From assembly GCA_965203805.1 (NCBI GenBank), contig OZ241917.1, positions 4,928,001 through 4,992,000 on the forward strand: a stretch of 64,000 nt of DNA. The letters run 5' to 3'. The notes under the pieces were generated by a model, which saw only the letters and a list, made by a program, of their open reading frames with translations, ran no database searches and was not told where the DNA came from. Both the position numbers and the translations under genes were made by a program. Positions 9,041 to 19,313 of this stretch are shown piece by piece. This DNA comes from Candidatus Latescibacterota bacterium (GTDB taxonomy: Bacteria; Latescibacterota; UBA2968; GCA-2709665). Position 1 is the first letter of the stretch. Each line of letters begins with the position of its first letter.

Positions 9041-9349
9041 CTTTGTGCGTAAATAAATGAGACAATTTCCGTTCAAGAATTAAGCAATTATGAACAGGGC
9101 TAAGGAGTACCGAACGATGAGGGATGTATCAGTAGTGACGCTTGGGCGAGACGGGATGGAGAACGCGTGTGTTACGCAGCTTCTTTTAATTCAAGAAATT
9201 ACCGCTTTACTAGAATCTTTAATAAGGTTTCCAGAATGCATAAAGACATATTAAAGACAAGTATTTGTAAAATATAAGGATTTCCGGTCTACCTTTTATA
9301 AACCACTTCTATTCAGCCTCGATTTATTCTACCAAGAAATCCTTCCTTG

Positions 9350-11014
9350 TTACGCCTCTGTAAGTACCCATGCTGGTTGAGAGCGGGTTCCCTGGTTGAC
9401 AATCAAGCCGGAGCGACGCAGTTCCTGTATGAGATTCTGAACTTTCCTATTCTTCTGCTTGTCTAACAGCCGATCAGGAAGCTTCGGCATCAGTGCCTGA
9501 TCGATATCTCTGCGATCAACCGGACCATACTCTCGTACCAAGGCCAAAATTAGATCCAGGTAGTACTGCTTGTCAAGCCCAGTTTCTCGGATGTGACGAC
9601 CAGCGTCGCCCGTCGCTTTGGCAATCGATCCAGCGACTACAAGGTTCGGGTAACGGCCTTCAACGAGGCCGGTGGACTTGAGATAGCGATGATCTTTCCG
9701 ATCAATACGCAGACCCTTCTGCACGTGATCAAGAAGCATGGCCTGAGCAAGACTCAGATCGGTGCGTTCCATGAGAAGCCGAGTGTAGTACTCGTCAAGG
9801 ATTCGACCATGAATGTGCACAGCTACGCTGCCGATCTGACTCAAATCGTAGTCCGGGAGCGGGAAAAAGCGTCTCCTCTGCGTATCGAACATGCGCTTAA
9901 TGCCGCCACCCTGCGTGTCAATCAGGTTTAGTTCAACCATCGCGTCGGCCAGGAATGGATTGCGGTAGATTGCCTGAGGGGCGTCCTGTCGGATGACCGT
10001 CTCGACGTCGCCGGGCAGAAAATCGCCGACATTGGTCAGCAGGATTCGGTCGGGAAATTCGACGACGACTATCCGTCCGCGCAGATGATAGTCCTGATGT
10101 GCGATGCAGTTATGCAGGGCCTCCCGGATTACCCATTGGTCGTACTGGGTAATTTCCTGAGGGAAAAGAGTCCCACTCGGAAGGGCGCGTACAGTGAGGT
10201 TGCGAACGCGCTTAAGCAGGCGATCTCCGGCAAGCAGGAACGGCGGCGCGATATGCATATAATCCAACTCGCGTTCGTGGTCGTCTTTGAGCACCTATGA
10301 GATCTTGGCTACCATCGGCGCGAGAAAAGTCGATGATTCCGGTCGCCCCAACAACAGTAGAGCAGCGTTTGTCACTTCACCTTGCCTTAAAATTCGGGCT
10401 TTGTTGAGAAACGTCGCGTTGTCCCATTCCTTGGCTACTTCCGCCTGCGCTGGATGCTTGACGGCAAACTGTTCTCGTGCCGTTACCAGCGCATCAGGGT
10501 CAAGATCATCAAGTCCCGCCTGTTCGCAAACCAAGGAGGACCAGTCGCTTCCCCGCGTCCAAATCACACGCGCCTTTTCTGGATGCCTACCGAGTTCGGT
10601 CTTGCTGGCACCTACACGTACGTATGCCTTCCCGTAAAAGCTAATCGGCTGGTCTCTTGCGGCCCTGACCTCGAAGACAACAACCCGGCCATCCGGATGA
10701 TCAATAACACGTGGCTCGAATCCAATATTCGGACGCAGCCCCGCCCCAATCCATGGTAATAGATCCTGATTGCCCTTCGCTTTGGTTTTATAAGGATCGA
10801 AATCCGTACCGACGACTTCATGAGTGTCATCGTCGATACCGAAAACCAGATAACCGGCAGGCTGTGCAATGATGCAGGCCGAATTGGCAAGTGCAGACAG
10901 ATACTCCCCGATTTGATGGGGTTCGTAGCGGTTGCGCTTGAACTCAAACCACTCGGTCTCTGCTGACAGACTGCGCAACTCGTCAATGCGCGCAATGTCC
11001 CAGCTATTACTCAT
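9350..11014 (-). pseudogene. AlbA_2/Schlafen + HATPase_c_4 (RecG-C-like) + wHTH protein interrupted by one in-frame TAG
   Basis: ETEWFEFK, YLSALANSA, GYLVFGID; REALHNCIAHQDY, YRNPFLADAM, IDTQGGGI. The two ORFs are in frame, separated only by TAG at 10295-10297. Confidence 0.85.
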
Positions 11015-11177
11015 GGCATAGTTACCCGACGAACATCTGTCACGCTGGTCAAAATCACATGAAATACTACATTCGCCTGGAATCTCGAGTTCGACATGTC
11101 GAAACGAGTTTGCGAAAGAGAATGAGTCGAAGGGCCGAACCTTCGGCCATCCGGCAAGATCAGGAAACTGTTTCAGG

Positions 11178-11315
11178 CCCCCCACCGGCTCGGCTGGGGA
11201 CTGGCGCCCTTGCCTGGCCGATTCCCCCTCAAGGGGGAGTGATGGAGAGGTGAGGGTGCGTAATCAACGCGCGCAAACTAACAGTTTGCGCTACGAAAAC
11301 GCGGGTAACGCTCAG
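11178..11315. repeat. Composite repeat with REP copy 3 (11271-11294)
   Basis: Direct repeat of 8839-9005. Confidence 0.8.
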
Positions 11316-11327
11316 GCGAATGCTCGG

Positions 11328-12110
11328 CTACGGCCAGACCTGGGGGAAGTGTTCGCCTTCCATCGGCGCGCCGTTAGGGACCTCAACGAAGGGTTTCATG
11401 ACGTGCTGTCCGGACGCCACGTAACGTGTCTCGTCGGTCATATAGTGGATGGCGATGGCGCGGCGGGGGCGTTGGCTCGTGTTGGCGTGGGACCCGTGCC
11501 ATGTCAGCGCGTGGTGGTAGTGCACCTCGCCCTTTCTCACAGGACACCTGACGATTTCCACGCGGCGTCCGTTCCATTCCCCTGGCATGTCCTCGTAGTT
11601 CTCAACCGACCTGATGAATTCAATCTGGTTTCCCCACCGATGAGATCCCGGGACCATACTCATACATCCGTTCTCCTCGTCCACGTCGTCCAGGGCCACC
11701 CACGCGCTCACCTCCGTCATCGGCTCGATAATCGGCCACAGGGGCGCATCCTGGTGCCACATGGTGACGCCGCCCCGCTCCGCGGGCTTGTACTGGATCT
11801 GATCGTGCCACACCCGCAACCGCTTCGCGCGGGTCAGTTGAGCCACATCCTCCACGATCCTGCGAATGCCGATCAGTTCCCTGAACGGATCGCTCGCGGC
11901 CCAGATATTGACGATCTGCCAGACCGGCGTCTCCGGATTCCGGTTCAGGTTTCGCAGGTGGACAGGCTGCGGCACGTCCGTCCGGTCCCTGTCGGCGATG
12001 ACCCGATCCAGTTCGCGCCGTAGCGAGTCAACCCTGTCGCCGTCCAGGAGCCGACCTCCGTTCAGGAAGCCGTGTTCGTGAAATTCGGAGATCTGTGCTT
12101 CGGTCAGCAT
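11328..12110 (-). CDS. Phytanoyl-CoA dioxygenase (PhyH) family Fe/2OG dioxygenase
   Basis: WHQD, WVALDD...NGCM..VPGSH, HGS..N...PRRA. Confidence 0.92.
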   Translation of the reverse strand: MLTEAQISEFHEHGFLNGGRLLDGDRVDSLRRELDRVIADRDRTDVPQPVHLRNLNRNPETPVWQIVNIWAASDPFRELIGIRRIVEDVAQLTRAKRLRVWHDQIQYKPAERGGVTMWHQDAPLWPIIEPMTEVSAWVALDDVDEENGCMSMVPGSHRWGNQIEFIRSVENYEDMPGEWNGRRVEIVRCPVRKGEVHYHHALTWHGSHANTSQRPRRAIAIHYMTDETRYVASGQHVMKPFVEVPNGAPMEGEHFPQVWP

Positions 12111-12151
12111 CGCTCTGCATTCCTTTTGAGAAGGGAATTCGATCATTCCTG

Positions 12152-12964
12152 TTACGGCGTACCCGCGAGGACCGGATGCAGCGGATGTTCCCATGGCCCG
12201 CCCGCCGTCATCTCGTCGCCGGCCCCGGCCGCTTCGCTTCCTCCCGTGAACCGGACGAAATCGGGAATGTAGATAACCGCGAACGCCCGTCGGGGATGTT
12301 CGGTCTGGTTGGCGCCCGCGTGATGGAAGTTGCAGCCGTGATGAAAGGTCACCCCGCCCGCGGGCATCTCCATCACGACGGGTTCGGCCACCTCGTGCCC
12401 CCTCTCCGCCATCTTGTCCACGATGCTCTCACCGGCTACACCCAGCGCGATCGGCTCCTGCGGGCCCAGTTTATGCGAGCCCGGCACAAAGTGAAGGCAT
12501 CCGTTTTCGACTGTTACGTCATCCACAGCTACCCAGGCAGACAGCGCGCCGTCCGGCTCCATGGGCCAGTAGGGCAGATCCTGGTGCCAGTTGGTCGCGC
12601 GGCTGCCGGCCCCGCCGGGTTTGACCATGGCGTGGTCGTGATAGATACGCACGTGACGGCAGCCCGTGAGGCGCCGCGCGGTTTCGGCCAGCGCGCGGCT
12701 GAACGAATAGGCTTTCACGCACGGGAAATCCGTCCAGAGATTCACCATCTGGTTGAAGACCTTCTCGTACGCCTCGGAACTCCGACCCCCGCCCGGCGCG
12801 CCGACAATCCGCTCCCTGTTGGTCTCGATTGCCCTGTCGATGGCCTCCCTCAACGCCGCCACCTCGTCTCGTGAGAAAAACCCGGGATACGCGATATATC
12901 CGTTTTCCCGGTAAAACAACTCGTCGCCGGGCGTCGCGGGGCTTTGTTTTTCCTCAACCTTCAT
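12152..12964 (-). CDS. PhyH family Fe/2OG dioxygenase
   Basis: WHQD, NGCLHFVPGSH, FHHAGAN..PRRA. Confidence 0.92.
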   Translation of the reverse strand: MKVEEKQSPATPGDELFYRENGYIAYPGFFSRDEVAALREAIDRAIETNRERIVGAPGGGRSSEAYEKVFNQMVNLWTDFPCVKAYSFSRALAETARRLTGCRHVRIYHDHAMVKPGGAGSRATNWHQDLPYWPMEPDGALSAWVAVDDVTVENGCLHFVPGSHKLGPQEPIALGVAGESIVDKMAERGHEVAEPVVMEMPAGGVTFHHGCNFHHAGANQTEHPRRAFAVIYIPDFVRFTGGSEAAGAGDEMTAGGPWEHPLHPVLAGTP

Positions 12965-13117
12965 TGGAGTCTCCCTGAATCGCATTCCGCGCGCATCCAT
13001 ATCCCACCAAAAAAAACCGCCGATATCCGATGCCCAAAATACGCATTTCCGGCATTGGTACCAACGGTTATCTGGAATGTCGGATTCCTGCGGCCGATGG
13101 ATTCCAGGCCCGGCGGT

Positions 13118-13318
13118 TCAATAGGCGATCCGATGTTTATCGCGGACAATAAGCCGGTAGCCCAGGTAGATCAACAAAAGCGGAACGGCGAGCTTGATCG
13201 CGAACCAGATCAGGCCCAACGCGATGCCGATGAGTCCGCCCAGCAGAAACAGCGCAACCAGCCCGCCGGCAGCCAGCAGACAGAATCCCAGGAATTTTAC
13301 CACGGATTTACCCTCCAC
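13118..13318 (-). CDS. Small membrane protein downstream of pspA (LiaI/Psp-partner-like)
   Basis: 66 aa, two hydrophobic helices, co-oriented with pspA. Confidence 0.7.
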   Translation of the reverse strand: MEGKSVVKFLGFCLLAAGGLVALFLLGGLIGIALGLIWFAIKLAVPLLLIYLGYRLIVRDKHRIAY

Positions 13319-13328
13319 GAGAAATAGC

Positions 13329-13356
13329 TTTCAGCAGTCAGCGGTCAGCCGTCAGC
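13329..13356. repeat. Heptamer tandem repeat (TCAGCNG-type), also at ~2119-2141
   Basis: tcagcagtcagcggtcagccgtcagcc vs tcagcgatcagccgtcagcc, both followed by an A-rich tail. Confidence 0.65.
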
Positions 13357-13549
13357 CAAAAGCAAAAGGCGAAAGCAACGTCAAGAGCGCCGCTGACAGC
13401 ACCGATGTTGAATCTGAAGAGGCGGTTCGAGAACCGCTCACACAGCAGCGCAGGATCAACGAATCCCTTACCAACTACACATGGCAAGCCCGGTTGCGCG
13501 AAGACGTCATCTCCCGTCTCACGTCTCCCCTCTCCCCATCATAATGCAG

Positions 13550-14224
13550 TCAACTGTCATCGGCCAGCTTCTGTTTCATCGACTTCAACTGCGCCTCGAT
13601 CCGCTGCTTGCGCGCCAACGCTTCACAACGTTCGTCGAGGTCCGCGTCCTTACCGGCGATTTCCACATAAATCTCCGCCGCAGCCTCTTCATGGTCAACC
13701 CGCCGGCAGAGCGCGTCAAACCGCTCGAATGCCTCTTCGTCGATCCGAACCCGGGAACCCGCGGCGGAGACGTATCCTCCCGCCGCGCGGCTTCTGGCCA
13801 GGAGGGTCCTTCGACGCGCCGTGGCCTCCCGGAGACGTTGCTTCAGTTGCGCGCATTGCCGCTCGAGTTGTCCGGTCGCTTTCCCGGCTTCGGCCAGCGC
13901 CTTCTCAAGCGCTGCAACTTCCGCCTCCACCTCTGTCTTCCGCTCCAGGGCCAGGCGGGCCAGATCGTCGTCGCCCTGCGAGACGGACCGCACGGCCGTT
14001 CGGTTCCAGGCTGCCGCATCCGCCTGCCGCGCCTTCAGCCTTCGTTCAAGAAGCCGCTTGCCTGCCATGGCTTCGGCAACGGCGGTGACGGCATCGTTCA
14101 CGGCGTCCTCCATCTCCGTCAACATCAGGCGCGACATCTTCTCCGGGTCTTCGATCCGGTTCAGCAGATCGTCCACGTCCGCCCGGATGATATTTCCGAT
14201 CCGCGACAATGTGCCCCCTGCCAT
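13550..14224 (-). CDS. pspA: PspA/IM30 family protein
   Basis: LSRIGNIIRADVDDLLNRIEDPEKM, GDDDLARLALERK, coiled coil. Confidence 0.92.
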   Translation of the reverse strand: MAGGTLSRIGNIIRADVDDLLNRIEDPEKMSRLMLTEMEDAVNDAVTAVAEAMAGKRLLERRLKARQADAAAWNRTAVRSVSQGDDDLARLALERKTEVEAEVAALEKALAEAGKATGQLERQCAQLKQRLREATARRRTLLARSRAAGGYVSAAGSRVRIDEEAFERFDALCRRVDHEEAAAEIYVEIAGKDADLDERCEALARKQRIEAQLKSMKQKLADDS

Positions 14225-14296
14225 GAGAGTCTCCTTTCACAAGTGGGTGATCTATCGACTACCGCGGATGGTTTTGTCCATCCTTCCCCCTGTGAA

Positions 14297-14312
14297 TACA
14301 AATGGCGTGCCA
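14297..14312 (-). promoter_or_regulatory. sigma54 (-24/-12) promoter of pspA
   Basis: TGGCACGCCATTTGTA, with an AT-rich tract upstream (14325-14372). Confidence 0.8.
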
Positions 14313-14364
14313 GAAGTTCAATGTGAGAATAAATTAATGTTTAATAAAGGTTTATAGAGAACAT

Positions 14365-14411
14365 AAAAAAATACCGCCCGGGATGTTGGCGCGAAACGCC
14401 TACCCGGGCGG
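14365..14411 (-). terminator. Terminator after xdhC
   Basis: CCGCCCGGG/CCCGGGCGG stem followed by a T-tract on the minus strand. Confidence 0.7.
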
Positions 14412-14512
14412 CCGAATTCACCTCTTCAGAAGCAGTGAAAGCGAAGAATATAAACGTGAGACAAGGCGAGATAGGCCGTTGGTGTGGTCTTCTTCCTTCA
14501 CTGTCTTTGGTA

Positions 14513-15628
14513 CTATGACGCCGCGCTAGCGCCCGCCAGCGACCTCGCCCCGTGCGTGGGCTTGCCGCCGGAGCGGCGCGCCTGGATGAGTTCGGAGACC
14601 ACGCTGATGGCAATTTCCTCCGGGGAATCCGCGCCGATGTCCAGCCCGATGGGCGCGTGAATCTCGTCGAGGCGCTCCCTGCTGATTCCCTTCGCCTCCA
14701 GTTCCTTCCACATCAACGCAATCTTGCGCCTGCTGCCGATCATGCCGATGTAGGCGGCGTCCGTCCATACCGCCTGTTCCACCACCGGCTTGTCGTGCTG
14801 GTGTCCCCGGGTCACCGCCACGATATAGGACAGGTCGTCGATTTCCAGATGTTCGAACGCCGTCTCCATGTCCAGCGTGAGGGTCTCGCCCGCCATCGGA
14901 AAGCGCTCCTTATTGGCGAACATGGGGCGGTCGTCGATGACGACGATTCGAAAGCCCACGGTGGCCGCGATCCGGGCGATGGCGAACGAAACGTGCCCGC
15001 CGCCGAACAGGTAGAGCGTGGGCTCCGGGCAGACCGACTCCATGAAGACCTTCAAGGGGCCGCCGGAATCGGCCGCGTCCAGCGAGACCACCTCCAGCAG
15101 GTCCTCCGGGATCGTTTCCATTTCCGCCACTTCGCTCAGGATCGCGTTGTCGGCCTCCGGGCACCCCAGCGACCCCACGGTTGTCCCGTCGGCGCGCACC
15201 AGCAGCTTGGCGCCCCACTTCGAGGAATCCCCTCCGGACACGAGTGTGGCCAGCACCGCCGATTCCCGTGTCTTTCGGACCTCCGCCACGGTCTCGAGCA
15301 TGTCTTCGGACTGTCCCCGGTACAGAGGCTCCGTGAAAATCTCAACGTTGCCACCACAGTTCAATCCGTTTTCGCCCGCATGTTCCTCGGTCAGGATAAA
15401 GCGCTGAAGCGTGGGAACACCCGTTTCCATCACGTCACGGGCTTCGGCCCAGACGTCCGCCTCGAGGCAGCCGCCGCCAACCGTACCCACAATCTGGCCG
15501 TCGGGACGAACCAGCATCTTGGCCTTCTTGCTCATCGGCAAGGATCCCTTGCTGGAGACAATCGTTGACAGCGCCGCATTCTGTCCCGACGAAATCAGGT
15601 CCAGGGCTTCTGAAAAAACGTCTTTCAT
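14513..15628 (-). CDS. xdhC: XdhC/CoxI family molybdoenzyme maturation factor
   Basis: GTVGGGCLEADV, GLNCGG, LFGGGHV, VTRGHQHD, YIGMIGSRRK, APIGLDIGADSPEEIAIS. Confidence 0.92.
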   Translation of the reverse strand: MKDVFSEALDLISSGQNAALSTIVSSKGSLPMSKKAKMLVRPDGQIVGTVGGGCLEADVWAEARDVMETGVPTLQRFILTEEHAGENGLNCGGNVEIFTEPLYRGQSEDMLETVAEVRKTRESAVLATLVSGGDSSKWGAKLLVRADGTTVGSLGCPEADNAILSEVAEMETIPEDLLEVVSLDAADSGGPLKVFMESVCPEPTLYLFGGGHVSFAIARIAATVGFRIVVIDDRPMFANKERFPMAGETLTLDMETAFEHLEIDDLSYIVAVTRGHQHDKPVVEQAVWTDAAYIGMIGSRRKIALMWKELEAKGISRERLDEIHAPIGLDIGADSPEEIAISVVSELIQARRSGGKPTHGARSLAGASAAS

Positions 15629-15692
15629 CAGAACCACCCCCTTCAGTTGGGATGCCGGGTTTGGGATTCGGTGATTTTGAGTATCGACGGTC

Positions 15693-16856
15693 TCATCGCC
15701 AGACCGAACGCAACGTCTTCGCCAGTTGCACGAGACTCTCCAGATTGTGCGCGGCCATGAAATGATCCAGGTAAGGCAACGCCGTCTTCATGCCCAGACA
15801 AAGCGGCTGGTACCCGGGGCTGCCCAACAAAGGGTTCAGCCACATCAGCTTATGGACGCGTCTGCGCAGGCGCTCCATTTCGCGCCGCATGAGGTCCGCG
15901 TCTCCGCGGTCCCAGCCGTCGCTGACGATGATCATGACGGTCTTGGCTTTCAACATCTCCCGGGCGAACCGGTCGTTGAACTCCCGCAGACAGCCGCCTA
16001 TATCCGTTCCCCCGGCCCAGTCGTGGACCGTATCGGCTACTTCCCGGAGCGATTCTTCCACGCTCTTGTTCTTCAGCAGCCTGGAGATCGGGGTCATCCG
16101 CGTGGAAAAAACCCCCACCTCGACGTCGCGTATTTCCCGCTTCAGCGCGTAGATGAATTGAATCAGGAACTGGCTGTAGCAGTCCATTGACCCGCTGACG
16201 TCGCACAGCAGCATCAGCTTCGTTTTCTTGATCCGCCGCCTGCGCCTGGCGAGGGCGACGCCGTCCCGCCCGTAAAGGGCGTTTCTGCGCCAGGTCCTCC
16301 TGAAGTCGATCTCCACGCCGCGTTTCTGCGGCTCCCTGCGCCGGCTGCGCCGGTTGGCGATGATGTCGACGATCTGCGCGATGACCTGCCGGGCCTTCTC
16401 GATTTCCTTGTCGTTCATCGCGGCCAGATCCTTGTGCATCAACACTTCATCGGGGCTGTACCCAATCTCGTCGGAATCGCCCTCTCCCTCCGGCTCCTCC
16501 TCTTCCTCGGTCACGGTGTCGACCGGTTCATCCAGTTGATCCGACACTTCGAGGTTCTGATCGTCGGCGTCCTCGTCTGTGACTTCCATCTCCATGGTAC
16601 TGATTGGAGCACTCCAGAATGCGTGAAAAACGCGATCGAACGTTTCCAGATCGTCGAAGCGGGACACCAGCGTGGCCCGTGCTGCCGCGTAGAAATCCCC
16701 CCGCCTGCCGATTTCGATAAACCTGAAACTCTGGCAGAAGTCGATCAGATTGCCGGAATTCACATCCACACCGGCCCTGTGCAATGCCCGAGAAAAGGCC
16801 ACGACCCGGCCCATCATGCTCCTGTTTTCGACCTTTTCCGTGTTCATAAGGTCCAT
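15693..16856 (-). CDS. CoxE-like VWA domain protein
   Basis: LLCDVSGSM, WAGGTDIG, IVSDGWD, WLNPL. Confidence 0.9.
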   Translation of the reverse strand: MDLMNTEKVENRSMMGRVVAFSRALHRAGVDVNSGNLIDFCQSFRFIEIGRRGDFYAAARATLVSRFDDLETFDRVFHAFWSAPISTMEMEVTDEDADDQNLEVSDQLDEPVDTVTEEEEEPEGEGDSDEIGYSPDEVLMHKDLAAMNDKEIEKARQVIAQIVDIIANRRSRRREPQKRGVEIDFRRTWRRNALYGRDGVALARRRRRIKKTKLMLLCDVSGSMDCYSQFLIQFIYALKREIRDVEVGVFSTRMTPISRLLKNKSVEESLREVADTVHDWAGGTDIGGCLREFNDRFAREMLKAKTVMIIVSDGWDRGDADLMRREMERLRRRVHKLMWLNPLLGSPGYQPLCLGMKTALPYLDHFMAAHNLESLVQLAKTLRSVWR

Positions 16857-16888
16857 CCCGTGGAAACGTCCGTTGTTCTATCGTGCGG

Positions 16889-17803
16889 TCAATTCTTCAG
16901 CCGCATCGCCCGATCCTTTAACGCGCGCGCCTTTTCGATGATTTGGGGCAGACCGTCCTCCTGGAGCTTCTCGATGTCTTCCTTGTACTTCAGCACGCAA
17001 CCCAGAGTGGCATTCACGGTGTCGGAATCGAGTTCGTCGATTTCCATCTGCATCAGTGCCAGCGCCCAATCGATGGTCTCCGCGATACCCGGCCGCTTGT
17101 AGAAATCCCGTGTGCGCATCAGCTGCATAAACCCGCAGACCTGCTGCGCAAGGCCCGTTTGAATGCGGGGAACCCGGGACGCGACGATTTCCATCTCTTT
17201 CCTGAACGTGGGATAGTCGATCCACAGGTAGAGGCAACGCCGTTTGAGCGCGTCGTGCAGTTCGCGGGTCCGGTTGGAGGTGAGCACGACAAACGGCACT
17301 TTCTGCGCGGAAATCGTGCCGATCTCGGGGATGGTAATCTGGAAATCTGACAGCACTTCCAGCAGAAATGCCTCGAACTCTTCGTCTGACCGGTCCACCT
17401 CGTCGATCAGCAGCACCGGCGGGTTGCTTCCGCTGCCCTGAATAGCCCGGAGAAGCGGCCGTTTCAGCAGGAAATCCTCGCTGAAAATACTGCGGCCAAT
17501 CTCCTGTTTTTCGATGCCCCGGGCCTCTTCCAGGCGCATCTCCAGCATCTGCCGCGGATAATTCCACTCGTACAGCGCCGTATTGGCATCCAGACCTTCG
17601 TAACACTGCAGCCGGATCAGATCCGTGTCGAGGACCTGCGCCATGACCTTGGCGACCTCTGTTTTGCCTACCCCCGGCTCTCCCTCCAGAAATATCGGTT
17701 TTCCCAGCGCCACGGCCAGGTAGACCGTCGTAGCCAGCGTCCGGTCGGCGATATACCCCTCGCGACCGAACCGCGTCTCCACCTCCTCGATTGATCTTAA
17801 CAT
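16889..17803 (-). CDS. CoxD-like MoxR AAA+ ATPase
   Basis: LEGEPGVGKT, RLQCYEGLD, LLIDEVD, TSNRTRELHDALKRRC. Confidence 0.93.
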   Translation of the reverse strand: MLRSIEEVETRFGREGYIADRTLATTVYLAVALGKPIFLEGEPGVGKTEVAKVMAQVLDTDLIRLQCYEGLDANTALYEWNYPRQMLEMRLEEARGIEKQEIGRSIFSEDFLLKRPLLRAIQGSGSNPPVLLIDEVDRSDEEFEAFLLEVLSDFQITIPEIGTISAQKVPFVVLTSNRTRELHDALKRRCLYLWIDYPTFRKEMEIVASRVPRIQTGLAQQVCGFMQLMRTRDFYKRPGIAETIDWALALMQMEIDELDSDTVNATLGCVLKYKEDIEKLQEDGLPQIIEKARALKDRAMRLKN

Positions 17804-17824
17804 CCGACCCGTATCTCCCCTTTC

Positions 17825-18379
17825 TCAACCCCCGGACCGATCCATTGAACGGCAGTTTGCCGCAAACCGCGCCACCCATGCGCGAAGCGCTTCGTCCGTA
17901 CTTCGAAATGCCAGCTCAGACCAGGGAATCCGGCCTGGAGGGTACGTTCGGACCTCCAGTGTCTCGAAGTTTCCCTGCAGATAGCCTCCCACCGCGACGC
18001 CGGTGTACACGATCAATACCGTTGTTTCGTTGGGGTATGAATAGATGCCGAGCAGATCTTCGATCTCGACTTCAAGCCCCACCTCCTCCATGGCTTCCCG
18101 TGCCGCTGCGGCTTTCACCGGTTCGCCCCGGTCGACGTATCCGCCGGGAAAGACCCACTTCCCCATCCCGGGTTCGATGCTCCGCTTCAGGAGCACCACC
18201 TCGTCATCCAGCGTAACGATCACGCCGGCCGCTACTTTCGGGTCCAGGTAGACGACGAACTCACAGGCCGGACAGACCGGCCTGTCGCGGTCTTCGACCC
18301 GCCTTGTCACGAGCGCCGCACCGCACCGCTCGCAGAAGCGGGCGCCGTCGCCGTGATGCGCGGTATGGTCGCTCGCCAC
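17825..18379 (-). CDS. NUDIX hydrolase with N-terminal zinc ribbon
   Basis: FCERCG...CPAC; GGYVDRGE...AAAREAMEEVGL Nudix box. Confidence 0.9.
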   Translation of the reverse strand: MASDHTAHHGDGARFCERCGAALVTRRVEDRDRPVCPACEFVVYLDPKVAAGVIVTLDDEVVLLKRSIEPGMGKWVFPGGYVDRGEPVKAAAAREAMEEVGLEVEIEDLLGIYSYPNETTVLIVYTGVAVGGYLQGNFETLEVRTYPPGRIPWSELAFRSTDEALRAWVARFAANCRSMDRSGG

Positions 18380-18594
18380 CGAGTAAAAACCCTCCGGCAG
18401 AATGGGGCCGATCGTCTAAATATACGGGTTTGGAACCGCATCACAAGCCCTTTTTCCTAACCATGCAGGCACGGGCTATCCACAAAAAACCGCAGCCGGC
18501 TAGCGGCATGCGGTCGTAAATCCAGACGTAAGGGGTCCGTGGGCGCCACGTCGCTCGACGCATTGCGTTCGTTCGGTTTCGCACAAACCCCGGT

Positions 18595-19275
18595 CTATAC
18601 TTCCTCTCCGATATTCTCCTTCTGGTGGCGCACAATCCGGCCCTGCACCAGGAACACCACGTTCTCGGCGATGTTGGACGCGTGGTCGCCCATACGCTCA
18701 AGATGCCTCGAAACCAGAATCAGGTGAATCGCTCGATCAATGGCATCGTTTTCCGCCCTGTAATGCAGGTAAGTGAGCAATTCCCTGAAGATTTGATCTC
18801 TCAAACCGTCCACCACGTCGTCTCGCCTGCGCACGTCGTTTGCCAGATCCACGTTCCGGTTGACAAATGCGTCCAGCGCATCCTTGACCATCCCGCGGAC
18901 GAGTTCCGCCATTCTGGGGATGTCGATCAGCGGCTTCAAGAGGATTGCACGGTTCAGTACAAACGCCCGCTGTGCGATATTCACCGACTGATCGTTGATC
19001 CTCTCCAGGTCGTAATTGATCTTCATCAGGGTCGCCATCAGGCGCAAGTCGCCGGCCACGGGTTGCCGCACCGCCAGCAGCTTCAGGCACGCGTCTTCGA
19101 TGCGCACCTCCCAATCGTCAATTGCCGCGCCGCCGGCAATTACGGTATTGGCGAGATCGTTGTCACGTTCGAGCAAGCTCTTCACTGCCTGATCGATGGA
19201 CTCCTCCACCGCGCCGCCCATTGACAGCAACTCGCTCTTCAACTGTTCCAACTGCTGATCCAATGTCCGTTCCAT
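18595..19275 (-). CDS. phoU: Phosphate signalling protein PhoU
   Basis: QPVAGDLR, DLERIND, RHLERMGDHASNIAE. Confidence 0.95.
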   Translation of the reverse strand: MERTLDQQLEQLKSELLSMGGAVEESIDQAVKSLLERDNDLANTVIAGGAAIDDWEVRIEDACLKLLAVRQPVAGDLRLMATLMKINYDLERINDQSVNIAQRAFVLNRAILLKPLIDIPRMAELVRGMVKDALDAFVNRNVDLANDVRRRDDVVDGLRDQIFRELLTYLHYRAENDAIDRAIHLILVSRHLERMGDHASNIAENVVFLVQGRIVRHQKENIGEEV

Positions 19276-19313
19276 AGTCAGCCCCGTTCATTGAAATCCG
19301 ACCGACCTGCCGG

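Noticed and set aside
10295-10297. TAG recoding (pyrrolysine or alternative genetic code)
   Set aside because: TAG ends conserved genes at their normal C-termini (phoU, pstB, rpmB), and no pyl machinery is visible.
8659-11315. Repeats as a CRISPR array or integron attC sites
   Set aside because: Spacing is 299 and 2310 bp, there are no cas or intI genes, and the ends do not fit RYYYAAC/GTTRRRY in the gene orientation.
14513-17803. coxD/coxE/xdhC as evidence for CO oxidation
   Set aside because: No coxMSL in the window; these are generic molybdo-hydroxylase accessory genes.
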